DNA from: an uncultured Chloroflexia bacterium
Lineage (GTDB): Bacteria > Chloroflexota > UBA6077 > JACCZL01
Assembly (NCBI GenBank): GCA_963765765.1
Contig: CAVXYC010000027.1
Coordinates: forward strand, 64,001 to 128,000
Length of the DNA stretch: 64,000 nucleotides
Reading direction: 5' to 3'
In this document: one piece after another, positions 1 through 10,510 of the stretch
Layout of the letters: every line of letters starts with the position of its first letter
Position numbering within the stretch: the stretch's first letter is position 1
Position numbers and translations under genes: made by a program
Notes under the pieces: model-generated
What the model was told of the DNA's origin: nothing
Seen by the model: only the letters and a program-made list of their open reading frames with translations
Database searches by the model: none

Positions 1-420
1 CTGGCCGAGTAAGGCGATCATCTTACCGCCCATGTCCATCCATGTGTCTCGCTTGGTGGCAGAGAGTACACCAATAGGGACCGCCAGGAGAATGCTGAAG
101 ATGATGGCGAACGCGGCCAGCTCGAGCGTTGCGGGCAGCCGCTGGAGCACCAGGCCCATCGCGGACTGACCTTGCCACTTGAACGACTGACCGAAATTGC
201 CCTGCACGGCATTCGTAATGAAGGTGAAGTACTGCTCGTGCAGCGGACGATCGAGGCCCCAGAGCTTGGTAAGTCGCTCAAACGCTTCAGGTGGCGCTTC
301 AGGCGGCAACAGTACGTACAGAGGATTGCCAGAGATACGGGCCATCATGAATACGATGAGGCTCACGCCGAGAAGAGTAATGACACTCTGGCCGAGCCGA
401 ATCAGAATGTAGCGCTGCAT
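1..420 (-). CDS. Peptide/nickel ABC transporter permease (DppB/OppB family), runs off window start
   Basis: Not in ORF track; manual minus-strand translation from ATG at 420: MQRYILIRLGQSVITLLGVSLIVFMMARISGNP...GLDRPLHEQYFTFITNAVQGNFGQSF...RLPATLELA, a typical DppB N-terminus. Confidence 0.9.
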   Translation of the reverse strand, partial: MQRYILIRLGQSVITLLGVSLIVFMMARISGNPLYVLLPPEAPPEAFERLTKLWGLDRPLHEQYFTFITNAVQGNFGQSFKWQGQSAMGLVLQRLPATLELAAFAIIFSILLAVPIGVLSATKRDTWMDMGGKMIALLGQ

Positions 421-526
421 CGTTGAGCCTCGCTTGTCCTCATCTTCGAGAATGCTGGGGGATCATTAGCTTCGGTGCTCGCGCTCTCCAAACGCGGCAC
501 AGGTCCGTGGATCGATACTAACCGGT

Positions 527-2040
527 TCAATCGTCACGCGCCAGAATATTGGCGCCTCTAAAGGGTAGCGGCTCAGCGATGAGCTGACGAATCTGGTCCA
601 CGATGTCACTCCGGTTGTAACCAAGATACAGGTTGGTCTTGTTCCGCGTGATATCTCCTCGGTGCCAGTACTCGTAGATCTCCTGTCGAGCTCCGAACCC
701 ATCCGCCGCAAGATCCCAGGCAAGGCGGAACAGACGGGACTTTTCATCAACGTCAATATTTCGACCCCGCATGTATCGTTCCAGAAACGGGCGCAGCTCA
801 GGATTGCGAGATCACGCTCGCTTGGCTGCATGATGATGCCCGAAGCCCCTATCTTCCGCAGAATCTCGAGCACTCGCCCCGAGAACTGTGCTCCAAAGAT
901 ACCCAATGGTTGCCCTGGTGCGGGAGCAAAAAGACCACCGGGCGTCATTGCTCCGCCGGACTCCATGCCGGCGAGACCAAGTCGGAGGACCTCCGAATAC
1001 ATGATCTGCTCGCCCATCACATCGCGGATCTCACGGAAGCCGTCGACGCCAATAGCTTCCGCGATCATCGTCGTCACACCGATGAAGGTGCGCCAACGGT
1101 ACCAGAGACGACAGAGGCTGCTGTAGCTGCTCCACGGCGTGATTTGCCCGAGACCGCGTAAAGCAAGCGGCCCATCGTAGAGCAGGAAGACCCGCTCCCA
1201 CGGGATCAGCACGTCGTCGAAGAACAGCATCGAGTCCTGCTCGTCGTACCGACTTGCAAACGGGTGTGCGTGCCCATCCGCGGTCCACTCGAGCGAATGG
1301 CGGCACAGCGTCTTCAACCCGGGAGCATTCATTGGCAGCGCGAACCACAGGACGAACTCTCGAGCGCCACGCAGCGCGAACGAAGCCGAAAGATACGAGA
1401 GCACTTCGTTCGAGATCGGGGCGAGCGTGGCGAGCTGCTTGGCCCCGCGGACCACGACGCCGTCCTCCGTCTCTTTTACGATTCGCAGACCAAGGTCGGG
1501 CTCATCGACGACGTTGCTGGATCGATCGATCTGAGGGTCCCCGAGCGCATGCGTAAGAGCCAGATCGTTCTCAGCGCAATATCGGTAATAGTCAACCGCG
1601 TGCTTGCCGAAGCGAGGATCGTTCTGTTCAAGCTCGGCTCGAAAGTTGTACAGGCCCACGCATACGTTGGACATGAAGTCCGGGGCCCGACCGATCTGCC
1701 CGAAGCTCTCTCGAAACCACGCTTCGGAATTTCGGCGCTTTAGTCGAAGGTCCTCGAGCGAACGCGGGAGAACGTAGGACCAGCTCATCCGATTCCCCGT
1801 CTCGGCCGAATCCACCGTCATCACATCACGATACTGATCAGTGAATTGAAGATCGTAGAGTCGCGCCATCTCGTGGATGGTTCCCTGGAATGCCGGGTGC
1901 GTTGTAACGTCAACGCGCTCACCGTCGTACCAGACCTCACGACCGTCACGGAGGCTTTCGATGAATCGCTCGCCGGTCATGGCACCCCGGGCTGACGAAG
2001 TGACCTCGGGGACCATCTTGTTCATTTCCGCGACGGGCAC
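527..2040 (-). CDS. hpaB: 4-hydroxyphenylacetate 3-monooxygenase-like oxygenase component (HpaB family); frameshift near 795
   Basis: MTGERFIESLRDGREVWYDGERVDVTTHPAF, GRAPDFM, DPQIDRS, GVVVRGAKQLATLAP, YDEQDSMLFFDDVLIPWERVF; true C-terminus (KSRLFRLAWDLAADGFGARQEIYEYW) lies in ORF 527..772. Confidence 0.88.
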
Positions 2041-2142
2041 ATTGTGCTCCTTTGAGCGGCGGATGAAATCCTGGACTTGACTCGACTCGTCCAGAGCCGT
2101 GGGAGAGATTTGAAGAGCTCGCCAGCGCTTCTAAGTCGGATT

Positions 2143-2655
2143 CTACGTCGCCGCGGGCTCCCAGTCTCGGACGCCGCGGTAATTGCCATCGAAGTACACC
2201 AGGGGTGCCCCATCCATCGACCCTGCGCCAACGACCGAGCCAATGAAGATCGTGTGATCGCCGTCGGCGTGAAATTCCTGCACTTCGCAGTCAAAGTAAG
2301 CCAGGCTGCCAAAGATCACCGGCGCTCCGGACTGATCCACGACTGTTGGAACATCGGGAAACCCGTCCGATGCGCGCTGCGGCTCCCGACTTGGCGTGGC
2401 GAAGTATTGGGAGACCGAGCGCTGCTCCTCGCGCAGGATGTTGACAGCAAAGCGGCCTGAACTAGTGATCATGTCCGTCAACCGATTGCCCGTTCGAATG
2501 CAGACCAGCACGAGCAAGGGGTCAATAGACAGTGTGGAGAATGCGGATACGGTCAGACCGTAGATAAGGCTATTCTCCTCCGTGGTCACCACGGTGACCC
2601 CGGAAGCAAATCGCCTGGCGGACTGCTTGAATAGTTCGGCGTCGGCTTTTGCCAC
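2143..2655 (-). CDS. hpaC: Flavin reductase (HpaC/DIM6-NTAB family)
   Basis: FASGVTVVTT, GLTVSAFSTLSIDPLLVLVCI, GDHTIFIG, PLVYFDGNY; adjacent to hpaB; AAAGGAG RBS before GTG at 2655. Confidence 0.88.
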   Translation of the reverse strand: MAKADAELFKQSARRFASGVTVVTTEENSLIYGLTVSAFSTLSIDPLLVLVCIRTGNRLTDMITSSGRFAVNILREEQRSVSQYFATPSREPQRASDGFPDVPTVVDQSGAPVIFGSLAYFDCEVQEFHADGDHTIFIGSVVGAGSMDGAPLVYFDGNYRGVRDWEPAAT

Positions 2656-2862
2656 CCGCGCTCCTTTCATCGGCGCTCCACGGACTGGCGCCCGCTGGAC
2701 TGCCACTGAGGTCGAATTAGCAGAGCATTCTAGCATCAACACTGGTCGAATGCGTGTAATGATTTCGCATCCTGGAATGCGTTCCACATCACGGTAGACC
2801 GACCATTGTTCCGCTAGATATGCACTCGGAACTTTTCGTCAAAGTGCAGGAATGCGATGCCA

Positions 2863-2963
2863 GAACGACCCCACCCCAGCCCTCCCCGCTGCGGCAGGGA
2901 GCGGATTCTCGAGATTTCTGTTACGCTCCTGCCGCAGCGGGGAGGGCTGGGGTGGGGTCGTTC
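2863..2963. repeat. Intergenic palindromic (REP-like) element, ~40-bp inverted arms
   Basis: GAACGACCCCACCCCAGCCCTCCCCGCTGCGGCAGG(G)AGCG ... CGCTCCTGCCGCAGCGGGGAGGGCTGGGGTGGGGTCGTTC; shares core ACCCCAGCCCTCCCCG with 14652..14786. Confidence 0.85.
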
Positions 2964-2976
2964 CTGGGGTCTGGCC

Positions 2977-4722
2977 CTAGCTCGCCGCCGGCTTGATGTT
3001 CTGCACGTGCGTCCACGTACCGGTAATCGACCCAGGGAACACCCAATCACTGACGACCTTGGGATTCACGACAATCTCTGCCGGCAGCCAGAACAGTGGC
3101 GCGTGCATCTGCTTGTCGAACATCGCGTTACCCATCTCACGAAGTGCCGCGTCCTGCTGATTGTCCTCGAGCGTGGCTCGCGCCTTGTCCAACAGACCAT
3201 CAACCGTCGGATCCTCGATGGCCCCGCCGCGTGGACCACGAGACGTTGTGTAGGCCGTTGAGCCAATATAGATGAACGAGCTGGTGCCGCCGATCAGCAT
3301 GTGGTTGTCGAATCCGCGCTCCCGCTGGCGAGCCGCTCGCTGGGCGGCGTCCATCTGAACGCGCTCGACATTGATTCCCACCTTCTCCATATATCCGGCA
3401 ATCGCCTCAGATACGTCGTCAGCGCCGGCAAACTGTGGAAGGTTCGCAATGTGCACGTTCGTTGAGATGGGCTTTCCTACCTCGGCCAGCAACGCGCGAG
3501 CCTTAGCGGGATCGTAGCCATACTCATCCGGGAAGCGCTTCTCCCAGTCCGGATTCCAGCCAGAGCGTGTCGGATGGTAGTGATTCAGAATCATGGGCTC
3601 CGCTTTGCCAGCAAAGAATGCCTTGTTGAGCTCATCGCGATTAATCGACTTGTTGATGGCCTGCCGAACTTTGATGTCCGCAAGCGGAGAGTTCGGATAC
3701 TTGTAACCCTGCGACGGGTCTTTGATGTCGTTCAGGAAGCAGCACTGGAAGCTCATGAACGTGCGCAGGCCTGCATTCTGGCCGGTGATAACCTTCATGC
3801 CCTTTCCTACCGCGTCCTTGAGCTGATCCTCGGGCAGTACCGCCATCTGCACTTCGCCGGCCTGCAGCGCGGCAAGTCGAGTAGACGCTTCCTGCCGAAG
3901 ACGGAACTCGAACTCGGGGAAGTCGGCATTTGCTCGCCAGTGCTGGAATGGCACTTTCTCGAACAGAATGAATTGAGACTGCTGGCGCTGCTTGAACTGG
4001 TACGGGGCGGTGCCTGCGTACGGCTCAGTCTCCATCGTGGGTGCGCCCATCTTGTCAGCATGGGCCTTACTTCGGATCTCCATGCCGTATTCCGGTTCAC
4101 CGACAGCTCTGAAGAAGTTGCCGTCCACTCGATTGAGATGGAACACAACCTCGTAGTCGTTGACCGCCTCGATGTCTTTGACAATTCCGCGCCAATACGG
4201 CGATTCGCCGTGCTGTGAGTCTTCTTTGGCAACGTCCTGCCAGGAGAAGATCACGTCCTTGGCGGTGAATTCACCGTTGCCCTTGTGGAATTGAACGCCA
4301 TTACGGAGCTTGAATCGGATGTCTTGGCCGCTGTTCTCGACTGCCCACTCCGTGGCGAGCTGAGGCTCGAGAGCGCCCGTCTTCGCATTCATACCCACGA
4401 GGTACTCGTACATTGGCTTGAGCTGCCAGGCGATTGTCTGACCCAGATGGCGGATCTCGTTACTCTCCAGACCACTGGGAGCTGGCAGCGCGATGGCGAC
4501 CCGATTGACCGATGGCTTTACTGCCGCGGCCGGGGCATCCTTGGCGGGAGCATCCTTCGCGGGCGCGGCCGGAGCGCTCGTTGGGGCTTTAGCGGCGGGC
4601 TCCGTCTTGTCTGCCGGCTTCGCCGGTGCTGCCGCGGGCGAGCCACAGGCTACGGCGAAAGCCATCCCGAGCAGAACGGCCGGCGTAGCCGCCATCTTCA
4701 CTGCCCAATGCCGAGTCAACAT
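2977..4722 (-). CDS. Peptide/nickel ABC transporter substrate-binding lipoprotein (family 5, DppA-like)
   Basis: Lipobox-like FAVAC, Ala/Pro/Lys linker, EPQLATEW...FKLRNGVQFHKG..FTAKDV, KVRQAINKSINR, YDPAKARALLAE. Confidence 0.9.
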   Translation of the reverse strand: MLTRHWAVKMAATPAVLLGMAFAVACGSPAAAPAKPADKTEPAAKAPTSAPAAPAKDAPAKDAPAAAVKPSVNRVAIALPAPSGLESNEIRHLGQTIAWQLKPMYEYLVGMNAKTGALEPQLATEWAVENSGQDIRFKLRNGVQFHKGNGEFTAKDVIFSWQDVAKEDSQHGESPYWRGIVKDIEAVNDYEVVFHLNRVDGNFFRAVGEPEYGMEIRSKAHADKMGAPTMETEPYAGTAPYQFKQRQQSQFILFEKVPFQHWRANADFPEFEFRLRQEASTRLAALQAGEVQMAVLPEDQLKDAVGKGMKVITGQNAGLRTFMSFQCCFLNDIKDPSQGYKYPNSPLADIKVRQAINKSINRDELNKAFFAGKAEPMILNHYHPTRSGWNPDWEKRFPDEYGYDPAKARALLAEVGKPISTNVHIANLPQFAGADDVSEAIAGYMEKVGINVERVQMDAAQRAARQRERGFDNHMLIGGTSSFIYIGSTAYTTSRGPRGGAIEDPTVDGLLDKARATLEDNQQDAALREMGNAMFDKQMHAPLFWLPAEIVVNPKVVSDWVFPGSITGTWTHVQNIKPAAS

Positions 4723-5029
4723 TTTCGTCACTCCGTGCAACCAGTTGGTTGATTTCGGAACACGTGCGGACCGCACGCTTCCCATCCACAGGCGAGACGG
4801 CTCTCGCCCGTTAAAAAGTGCATCTCCAACATCGAGGACACGGGAATCAGTCGTCAAGTATTAAATGGAATCGTTCAACATCTTCGAACGAAGCCTACGA
4901 GGCACCCGCGCCGTTCATTCGTAAGAGGGTCTCTTCGGTCTTACGTGCGGCGTGGTCGTGAGTTTGAGGTCCTGGCTAGGACTCGAGACTCAGGCCAACA
5001 GATCCGTGGTTGAACCCGGGCGGGTCAGA

Positions 5030-5392
5030 TTAGCAACCGTGGAAAGGATAGACACCCAGAGCCGGGTTCTCAACGGCGATACCGCTCTTTACGGCGTGGT
5101 GATAGAACCGCCGCAGCACCAGCAGCTTGTGTGACACAACGCGCGGATCCAGGCCTTCGGTCGCCAGCAGGCGACGATAGTGGCGGATGTCTACGACCGT
5201 CGCTTCGGACACGCGGATCTGGCGCTCGTGGCACCAGAGCAGCCACGCGGTGATGTGCGATCGATAACCGGGCATCGCCACAGGCGAAGAGCCATCGTCG
5301 GCCAGGTGGTCGCGCAGGAACGCTAAAAACGCCTGCTCTCGATCATCGGCGGTGGTCGTCTGGGACGCACGTCCGGGGTGCGACGCATCCAT
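5030..5392 (-). CDS. Stand-alone tyrosine-recombinase core-binding (integrase N-terminal SAM-like) domain protein
   Basis: FLAFL...YRSHITAWLLWCHERQI...ATVVDIRHYRRLLATEGLDPRVVSHKLLVLRRFYHHAVKSGIAVENPA then stop; no catalytic domain follows. Confidence 0.7.
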   Translation of the reverse strand: MDASHPGRASQTTTADDREQAFLAFLRDHLADDGSSPVAMPGYRSHITAWLLWCHERQIRVSEATVVDIRHYRRLLATEGLDPRVVSHKLLVLRRFYHHAVKSGIAVENPALGVYPFHGC

Positions 5393-5594
5393 CTGCCTGC
5401 CTCGCTTTCTGAGCGATGCCCTATCTGCTCTGGAGTCTAGCACCCGGTGGCCAACGGATCAATTATCCCGCCGGTGATGCGGCCGTTCTCGAGAACACCG
5501 CCCCAGCGCGTATTTCGAAAACCGCTCATCCTTTAGGAGTAGTCTTGTCCACTTAGCACTTGAGTCGCGCCAACAGGAGGCGCATCTTTCACAG

Positions 5595-7343
5595 CTAGCG
5601 AGTGCCGCTCAAGCCAACTCGCAAACCGAGCAATCGCGCTGTCACTGCAACCCCAACCGTCATAAGTAGGATGAACACACCAATGACCGAGGCGGCCTCG
5701 AAGTCATTGTGAGAGAGAAGGTTGAGCTGGAGAATTGACAGCGGCTGATTTCCTTGCGTCGCCAGGAGTGCTACATGGCTCGTGGACGCGGCCGCCGAGG
5801 CAAAGGCCAGCACGCCGACCGCGGCAATCGCTGGTGCAATCAAAGGCAGAATGACCCGGCGAAATCCGTACCACCATGAAGCACCGCTCGCCCAGGAAGC
5901 CTCTTCAAGCTCCGCCCCAAGCTGCAAGAGGTTGCTTTTGATGATCTGTGAGGTTAGCGTGATACTGCCCAGCGTAGCCACCAGGACAAGCAGGAAGGTC
6001 GTTCCGTAAATCGGTCGAAGCCACGGTGTCCCGAGAAAGAGCCAGAGATAGCCGAGACCGATCACGATGCCCGGGAAGGTAGAGGGTAACCACACCAGGA
6101 AATCGAGTGCGCCCCGACCGCCAAACGCGGAGCGGACGACGATGTACGCAACGGCGGAGCACAATGCCATGGCCAGCAAGGAAGCTCCACCGGCAATCAA
6201 TATCGAGTTCAGCATCGCGCGCATGAAGTTCGCGCTGCTGAGCGCCGTTCGCCAGTGCTCCAGTGTCCAGGCATCAGAGATGCCGAACTGACCAAAAATC
6301 TTCATGAATGTGCCCATGACAACCAAGCCAATTGGCAATACGGTGATGGTCAGCACCAGGGTCGCCACCAGTCCGAACAGTGGCCATTTCCACGAGCCAA
6401 GCTTAGTTTGCTGCGCTCGAAATTTGCCCGACACCGTTGCGAACGAGCGTCGACTTGTGTACCGCTGCTGAGCGATCACCAGCGGAAGCATGATCGCCAG
6501 AATCATCAGGCTCAGAACTGTGGCTTCGCCGAATTGAAGTGGCGGGCGCAACACTGAGCGGTAGATAAGCGTGCTGTAGACATCAATGTTGGCTGGCGTA
6601 CCCAGGACGAGCTCAATCTCGAAAGCCTCGAGAGATCGGATCATTCCGATGAGTAAGACCACCAGCACAGTTGGCGCGATCAGAGGGATCGCCACACGAA
6701 AAAGGGTTCCGAACGTGCCAGCACCGGCCGTACGGGACGCTTCTTCTAGCGACGCGTCCATATTGCGGAATGCCGGCGTGAGAAGCATGACCTTGATCGG
6801 CAGTGTTCCCGTGACCAGATGAACCCAGACGATGCCCCACCACGAAAAGACGTCGAACGGCCCGCGACTAATGAATGGGACCTGCTCAAGCAATCGATTC
6901 AGGAGACCACCGTGACCGTCCAAGAGCATGATCCAGCCGAGCGTCACTGTCAACGACGGCAGAAATACGGCCACCCAGAAGCCAAACTCGAACCAGCCGC
7001 GCCCCGGCAGATCCGTCCGAGCGAGTAGCCATGCCAGCATGATGCCCAGCACGATGGCGATTCCCTGACGCGTCACAGCCAGGCTCATAGTGTTCCAGAC
7101 AGCAGCCAAAATCCCCGGTGTCTCGAAGGCCGTTCGCCAGTTGTCCAGCCCCCAGTGCGTTGTCCGCCCTAGAGGTCCTACCTCGAAGCTGTGGAGTAGC
7201 AAGAGCAGGATCGGATAGACCACCAGGAAGCCGACGGTCAACAAGATTGCGACGCAGAGGGTTGTTGAAAGAGAAATCCGCCGGATCGACGGCAGGCTTA
7301 TTCTCGATCTGACTGGGGACGTTGCGGGACTTACGGCGGCCAT
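5595..7343 (-). CDS. Fe3+/FbpB-type ABC transporter permease (two TM domains)
   Basis: Two EAA motifs (LEEASRTAGAG, LEEASWASGAS), many TM helices, LLARTDLPGR. Confidence 0.9.
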   Translation of the reverse strand: MAAVSPATSPVRSRISLPSIRRISLSTTLCVAILLTVGFLVVYPILLLLLHSFEVGPLGRTTHWGLDNWRTAFETPGILAAVWNTMSLAVTRQGIAIVLGIMLAWLLARTDLPGRGWFEFGFWVAVFLPSLTVTLGWIMLLDGHGGLLNRLLEQVPFISRGPFDVFSWWGIVWVHLVTGTLPIKVMLLTPAFRNMDASLEEASRTAGAGTFGTLFRVAIPLIAPTVLVVLLIGMIRSLEAFEIELVLGTPANIDVYSTLIYRSVLRPPLQFGEATVLSLMILAIMLPLVIAQQRYTSRRSFATVSGKFRAQQTKLGSWKWPLFGLVATLVLTITVLPIGLVVMGTFMKIFGQFGISDAWTLEHWRTALSSANFMRAMLNSILIAGGASLLAMALCSAVAYIVVRSAFGGRGALDFLVWLPSTFPGIVIGLGYLWLFLGTPWLRPIYGTTFLLVLVATLGSITLTSQIIKSNLLQLGAELEEASWASGASWWYGFRRVILPLIAPAIAAVGVLAFASAAASTSHVALLATQGNQPLSILQLNLLSHNDFEAASVIGVFILLMTVGVAVTARLLGLRVGLSGTR

Positions 7344-7390
7344 TGGGTGCTCTACTGCCAGACTCGATGATGTAGCAAGCGGGAGAACGA

Positions 7391-7433
7391 AGGCTTGACA
7401 GTCCTGGCGCGATTGTTACGGAGTGTCAAGCCT
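7391..7433. terminator. Intercistronic hairpin between solute-binding protein and permease genes
   Basis: AGGCTTGACA ... TGTCAAGCCT 10-bp perfect inverted repeat. Confidence 0.45.
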
Positions 7434-7450
7434 CAGTTCCCGGGCTCTCG

Positions 7451-8590
7451 CTAACGCGGAGCGTTCTTCGTTAGCGCCAGTGTCTTATTTAGCACGGCGT
7501 CACCAGATGCGGTGCCCTGGATGACTTTGTACTTGCCCATGTTTGGATAGTCCGGCGTATCGTCCGGGTTGTAGACCTTCACGTCCAGGCGCCGACTGCT
7601 CGATTGAACGGTGGAGGTGGATGCCCACGTGTCCTGCCCTTCCTGACTTAAAAACCAAGCCAGGAAGACCTTCGTGGCATTGGGATGGGGAGCGTCCTTC
7701 AACACGCTGATCCCATTGGCAAGTACCGATTGGCCAAAGCTCACGCGCTCCACATTCTTCCCAACGCCACCTTCTTGAAGATCGGCAAGATGCGTCACAT
7801 CGGCGCCAAAGGCAATCGCGTAACGTCCCTGAACGACCCATTCGGTTGCCTGCCGACTCGTCTCGACCTGCACCATCTTCTGATCATTCACAAGCTTCTT
7901 CACGAACGCCTCGTCCTTTTCCGCCATAATTGCCGCCAGGCTCATGGTCGCGGCATTGGAAACGCTCAGAATCTGGCTCACGAATTTTCCGCTGTATTTC
8001 GGGTCCACCAGTTCATCGACGCTTGTGAGCGTTCCCGGGGGAATGAGCTCCCGATTGATGAGTATCTCGCCGCCCAGTGAAAGCTGATTGACGAATGACA
8101 CTGGATTCGCCGGGTCGGTGAACAGCTCGAACCCACCGGCCCACTTACTAGCGTCTCGCGATTCGGCGGGAAGTGAGTCCAGGAATGGGGAGATCGGCTG
8201 GAGCGCTCCAGCCGGTGTCAGCACAGTGAAAATGTTGGAAAGCGGTCCAACGTGCAGGTCCCAGAGGTACTGTCCGTTCTGTTGCTCAACGATAGAGCGA
8301 GCCGTGAAATCGCTGGCCTTCATCGAGGTCGCCTGAATCTGAAGCCAGGGGAATTTCTTCTGTGCCTTCTCAGCGAACTCGACATAGCCTGAGCCAACGT
8401 GCGTGGCCAGGACGAGCGTCCCTTCCGCACGAGCGGCGGACTCAATGTCAGGCCAGCTCGCTGGACCCGCCACCGGGGCATTCGCCTGAGGAGCTGTGGC
8501 TCCAGCACTGCAAGCGGCTAGCCCTATGGTGACCGCGAGCGATGTCGCTGTGATAAATAATCGAAGAACTGGGCTGAGACTCCTGGGCAT
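7451..8590 (-). CDS. ABC transporter substrate-binding lipoprotein (AfuA/FbpA-like)
   Basis: Lipobox LAAC, AARAEGTLV, LVDPKYSGK, APHPNATKVFLAWFLSQEGQ. Confidence 0.88.
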   Translation of the reverse strand: MPRSLSPVLRLFITATSLAVTIGLAACSAGATAPQANAPVAGPASWPDIESAARAEGTLVLATHVGSGYVEFAEKAQKKFPWLQIQATSMKASDFTARSIVEQQNGQYLWDLHVGPLSNIFTVLTPAGALQPISPFLDSLPAESRDASKWAGGFELFTDPANPVSFVNQLSLGGEILINRELIPPGTLTSVDELVDPKYSGKFVSQILSVSNAATMSLAAIMAEKDEAFVKKLVNDQKMVQVETSRQATEWVVQGRYAIAFGADVTHLADLQEGGVGKNVERVSFGQSVLANGISVLKDAPHPNATKVFLAWFLSQEGQDTWASTSTVQSSSRRLDVKVYNPDDTPDYPNMGKYKVIQGTASGDAVLNKTLALTKNAPR

Positions 8591-8748
8591 GGCTCACCAG
8601 CCTTTCATTCCTGGCGGTCTCCTCGCTAGCAACCCGTTCGCAAGTTACCTGACCAGGAGCTTCGTGCGATTAACGAGACGTTCTCACGATGTCAGACGAT
8701 GAGAATTGGTCCTCCCCAATGGAACAGCGAAACGAAAGCCGCGGCCCG

Positions 8749-9774
8749 TCAATTCAGTCCATACAGCGCCCGAGCGTTTTGTCCGAGCAGCTTTGTCTTT
8801 TGCTTGTCGGTTAAATCCTTGCGCTCCTCCAGCTCATGCAGATTCTTGGGAAAGCTCGAATCCCAGTGTGGAAAATCGGAAGCGAATACAACCACGTCTT
8901 CGCCAACCGAATTCAGGACTTCGGGAATGAGCCGCTCCTCGGCTTCGCATGAGAAGTACAACTGGCCGCCTCGGATGTAATCACTAGGCTTCCTTGTCAA
9001 CAAGGGCGACTCACGCTCGCCACGCAGCTCGTAGTGCTCGTCCATGCGGTCCATCCAGTAGGGCACCCAGGTACAGCCGGCTTCAAGAAACGCCAGCCGC
9101 AGATTGGGGAATTTCTCGGGAACTCCTTCGAAGATCACGCTGGTGATCTGCTGCATTTGAGCGAACGAGTGCGCCATCATGTGGGCCTGAATAAAGCTAT
9201 CCACCTGCCATTCATACGTGCCGAACGGGTTGCTTCCCGATGCGTGGACGGCGAGCATCGTCTCGAGCCGCTCAGCCTCGCCGAACAACGGATCGAAGTC
9301 AGGTTTCCCGAGCAAGTACGGACCGTGCGCGGCCAGCATGCCACCCACCATGCCGAGCTCCGTGCAAGCTCGGCGGAGCTCGGCTGCCGCCGCGGCCGGG
9401 TCCTGCACCGGAAGAAGCGCCACCGCTTTGAGTCGTGGGCTCTTGCGGAGGTACTCGGCGTGCATGAAGTCGTTGTAGGCGCGACACAGGGCCACCGCCA
9501 GAGGGCGCTCACGGACGAAACCTAATCCAAGACCACCGCTTGGATAAAGAATTGTTGCCTCGAGGCCCGCTAGATCGAGCTGCTCCAGCCACACGTCTGC
9601 ATCCACGTGCTCTGTTCCTAGCGTTCCATTCATGCGGCGGTCAAAATTCTCCCCACGTGAGAAGAGATTTCCAGTGCGGCTCTTGAACGGCTCCTCGAGA
9701 TACGTACGATAGTTACGGTCGCTATCGCGAACGTGTCCGTCAGCGTCAATGTACCCGCCGGTTCCCGCTGCCAT
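8749..9774 (-). CDS. Amidohydrolase family protein (ACMSD/LigW-like)
   Basis: IDADGHV, CRAYNDF, LAVH, FPNLRLAFLEAGCTWVPYW, VFASDFPHWD, LLGQNARALY. Confidence 0.9.
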   Translation of the reverse strand: MAAGTGGYIDADGHVRDSDRNYRTYLEEPFKSRTGNLFSRGENFDRRMNGTLGTEHVDADVWLEQLDLAGLEATILYPSGGLGLGFVRERPLAVALCRAYNDFMHAEYLRKSPRLKAVALLPVQDPAAAAAELRRACTELGMVGGMLAAHGPYLLGKPDFDPLFGEAERLETMLAVHASGSNPFGTYEWQVDSFIQAHMMAHSFAQMQQITSVIFEGVPEKFPNLRLAFLEAGCTWVPYWMDRMDEHYELRGERESPLLTRKPSDYIRGGQLYFSCEAEERLIPEVLNSVGEDVVVFASDFPHWDSSFPKNLHELEERKDLTDKQKTKLLGQNARALYGLN

Positions 9775-9938
9775 GTCACACCTCTCAAGCCGACTGAGAA
9801 CGCTCAAGCGCTCAGTCCAGTAGGCGACGTCCGCCGCGAGCGACCTGCACTCAGCTCTAATCGGTCGGTAATGAAATTCGAAGCATCAGCGGAGATGCCG
9901 AGATCCCAACTCCGCAACTCCAGAACGCGCGATTCGCG

Positions 9939-10391
9939 CTAGGCTTCATCACCGAAGAATTTGCCTGGGATCTCAACGGGCTTACCAAGGCGCTCGAAGG
10001 TCGGGACAATCCCTTCAGGCCAGATCCGATCATCGCGGCGAGGCCCATGCTCGGCCACGGTGCTCGCGCCCACACGAAGCAGGACGAGCGGCCGGTCTCC
10101 TGTGTTGGTGAACCAGTAGAAGGCGCCCCGTGGTTGGAGAATTCCCTCATTCTTTCGACGCACGATCACGTTGTCGTCTTGATCGTGAAAGGTCGCTTCG
10201 CCATCGAGGATGATGAAGGCGTGATCTTCCTCGGTATGCGCGTGAAGGTGATTCTCGCCGCCCTCCGCGTACACTTTCACCCAGATCCAGAGTGAATCAG
10301 TCTGGGCAACGACGTTGTTCAGTCCTCCACGCTCCAGAAGCGGCGTTTTCAAGGTGAACGTCTGAGCCGGTGCGGATGTCTCCACGGTCAT
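9939..10391 (-). CDS. Cupin domain protein
   Basis: GGENHLHAHTEEDHAFIILDGEATF ... PRGAFYWFTNTGDRPLVLLRVG. Confidence 0.85.
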   Translation of the reverse strand: MTVETSAPAQTFTLKTPLLERGGLNNVVAQTDSLWIWVKVYAEGGENHLHAHTEEDHAFIILDGEATFHDQDDNVIVRRKNEGILQPRGAFYWFTNTGDRPLVLLRVGASTVAEHGPRRDDRIWPEGIVPTFERLGKPVEIPGKFFGDEA

Positions 10392-10510
10392 GGACGGAAC
10401 CTCCAGGAACAACTCTGTGCAAGGAATCTTCCCCACTGTAGTGTGGCCGTCCAGATGTGTCAACGAACTTCGCGGCGTGACTGGAGTGCTGGGGTCCAAG
10501 TGTCAATCTG

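Noticed and set aside
4520-4640. Tandem APAKD-type repeats (similar linker at ~61630..61790)
   Set aside because: Ordinary low-complexity lipoprotein linkers
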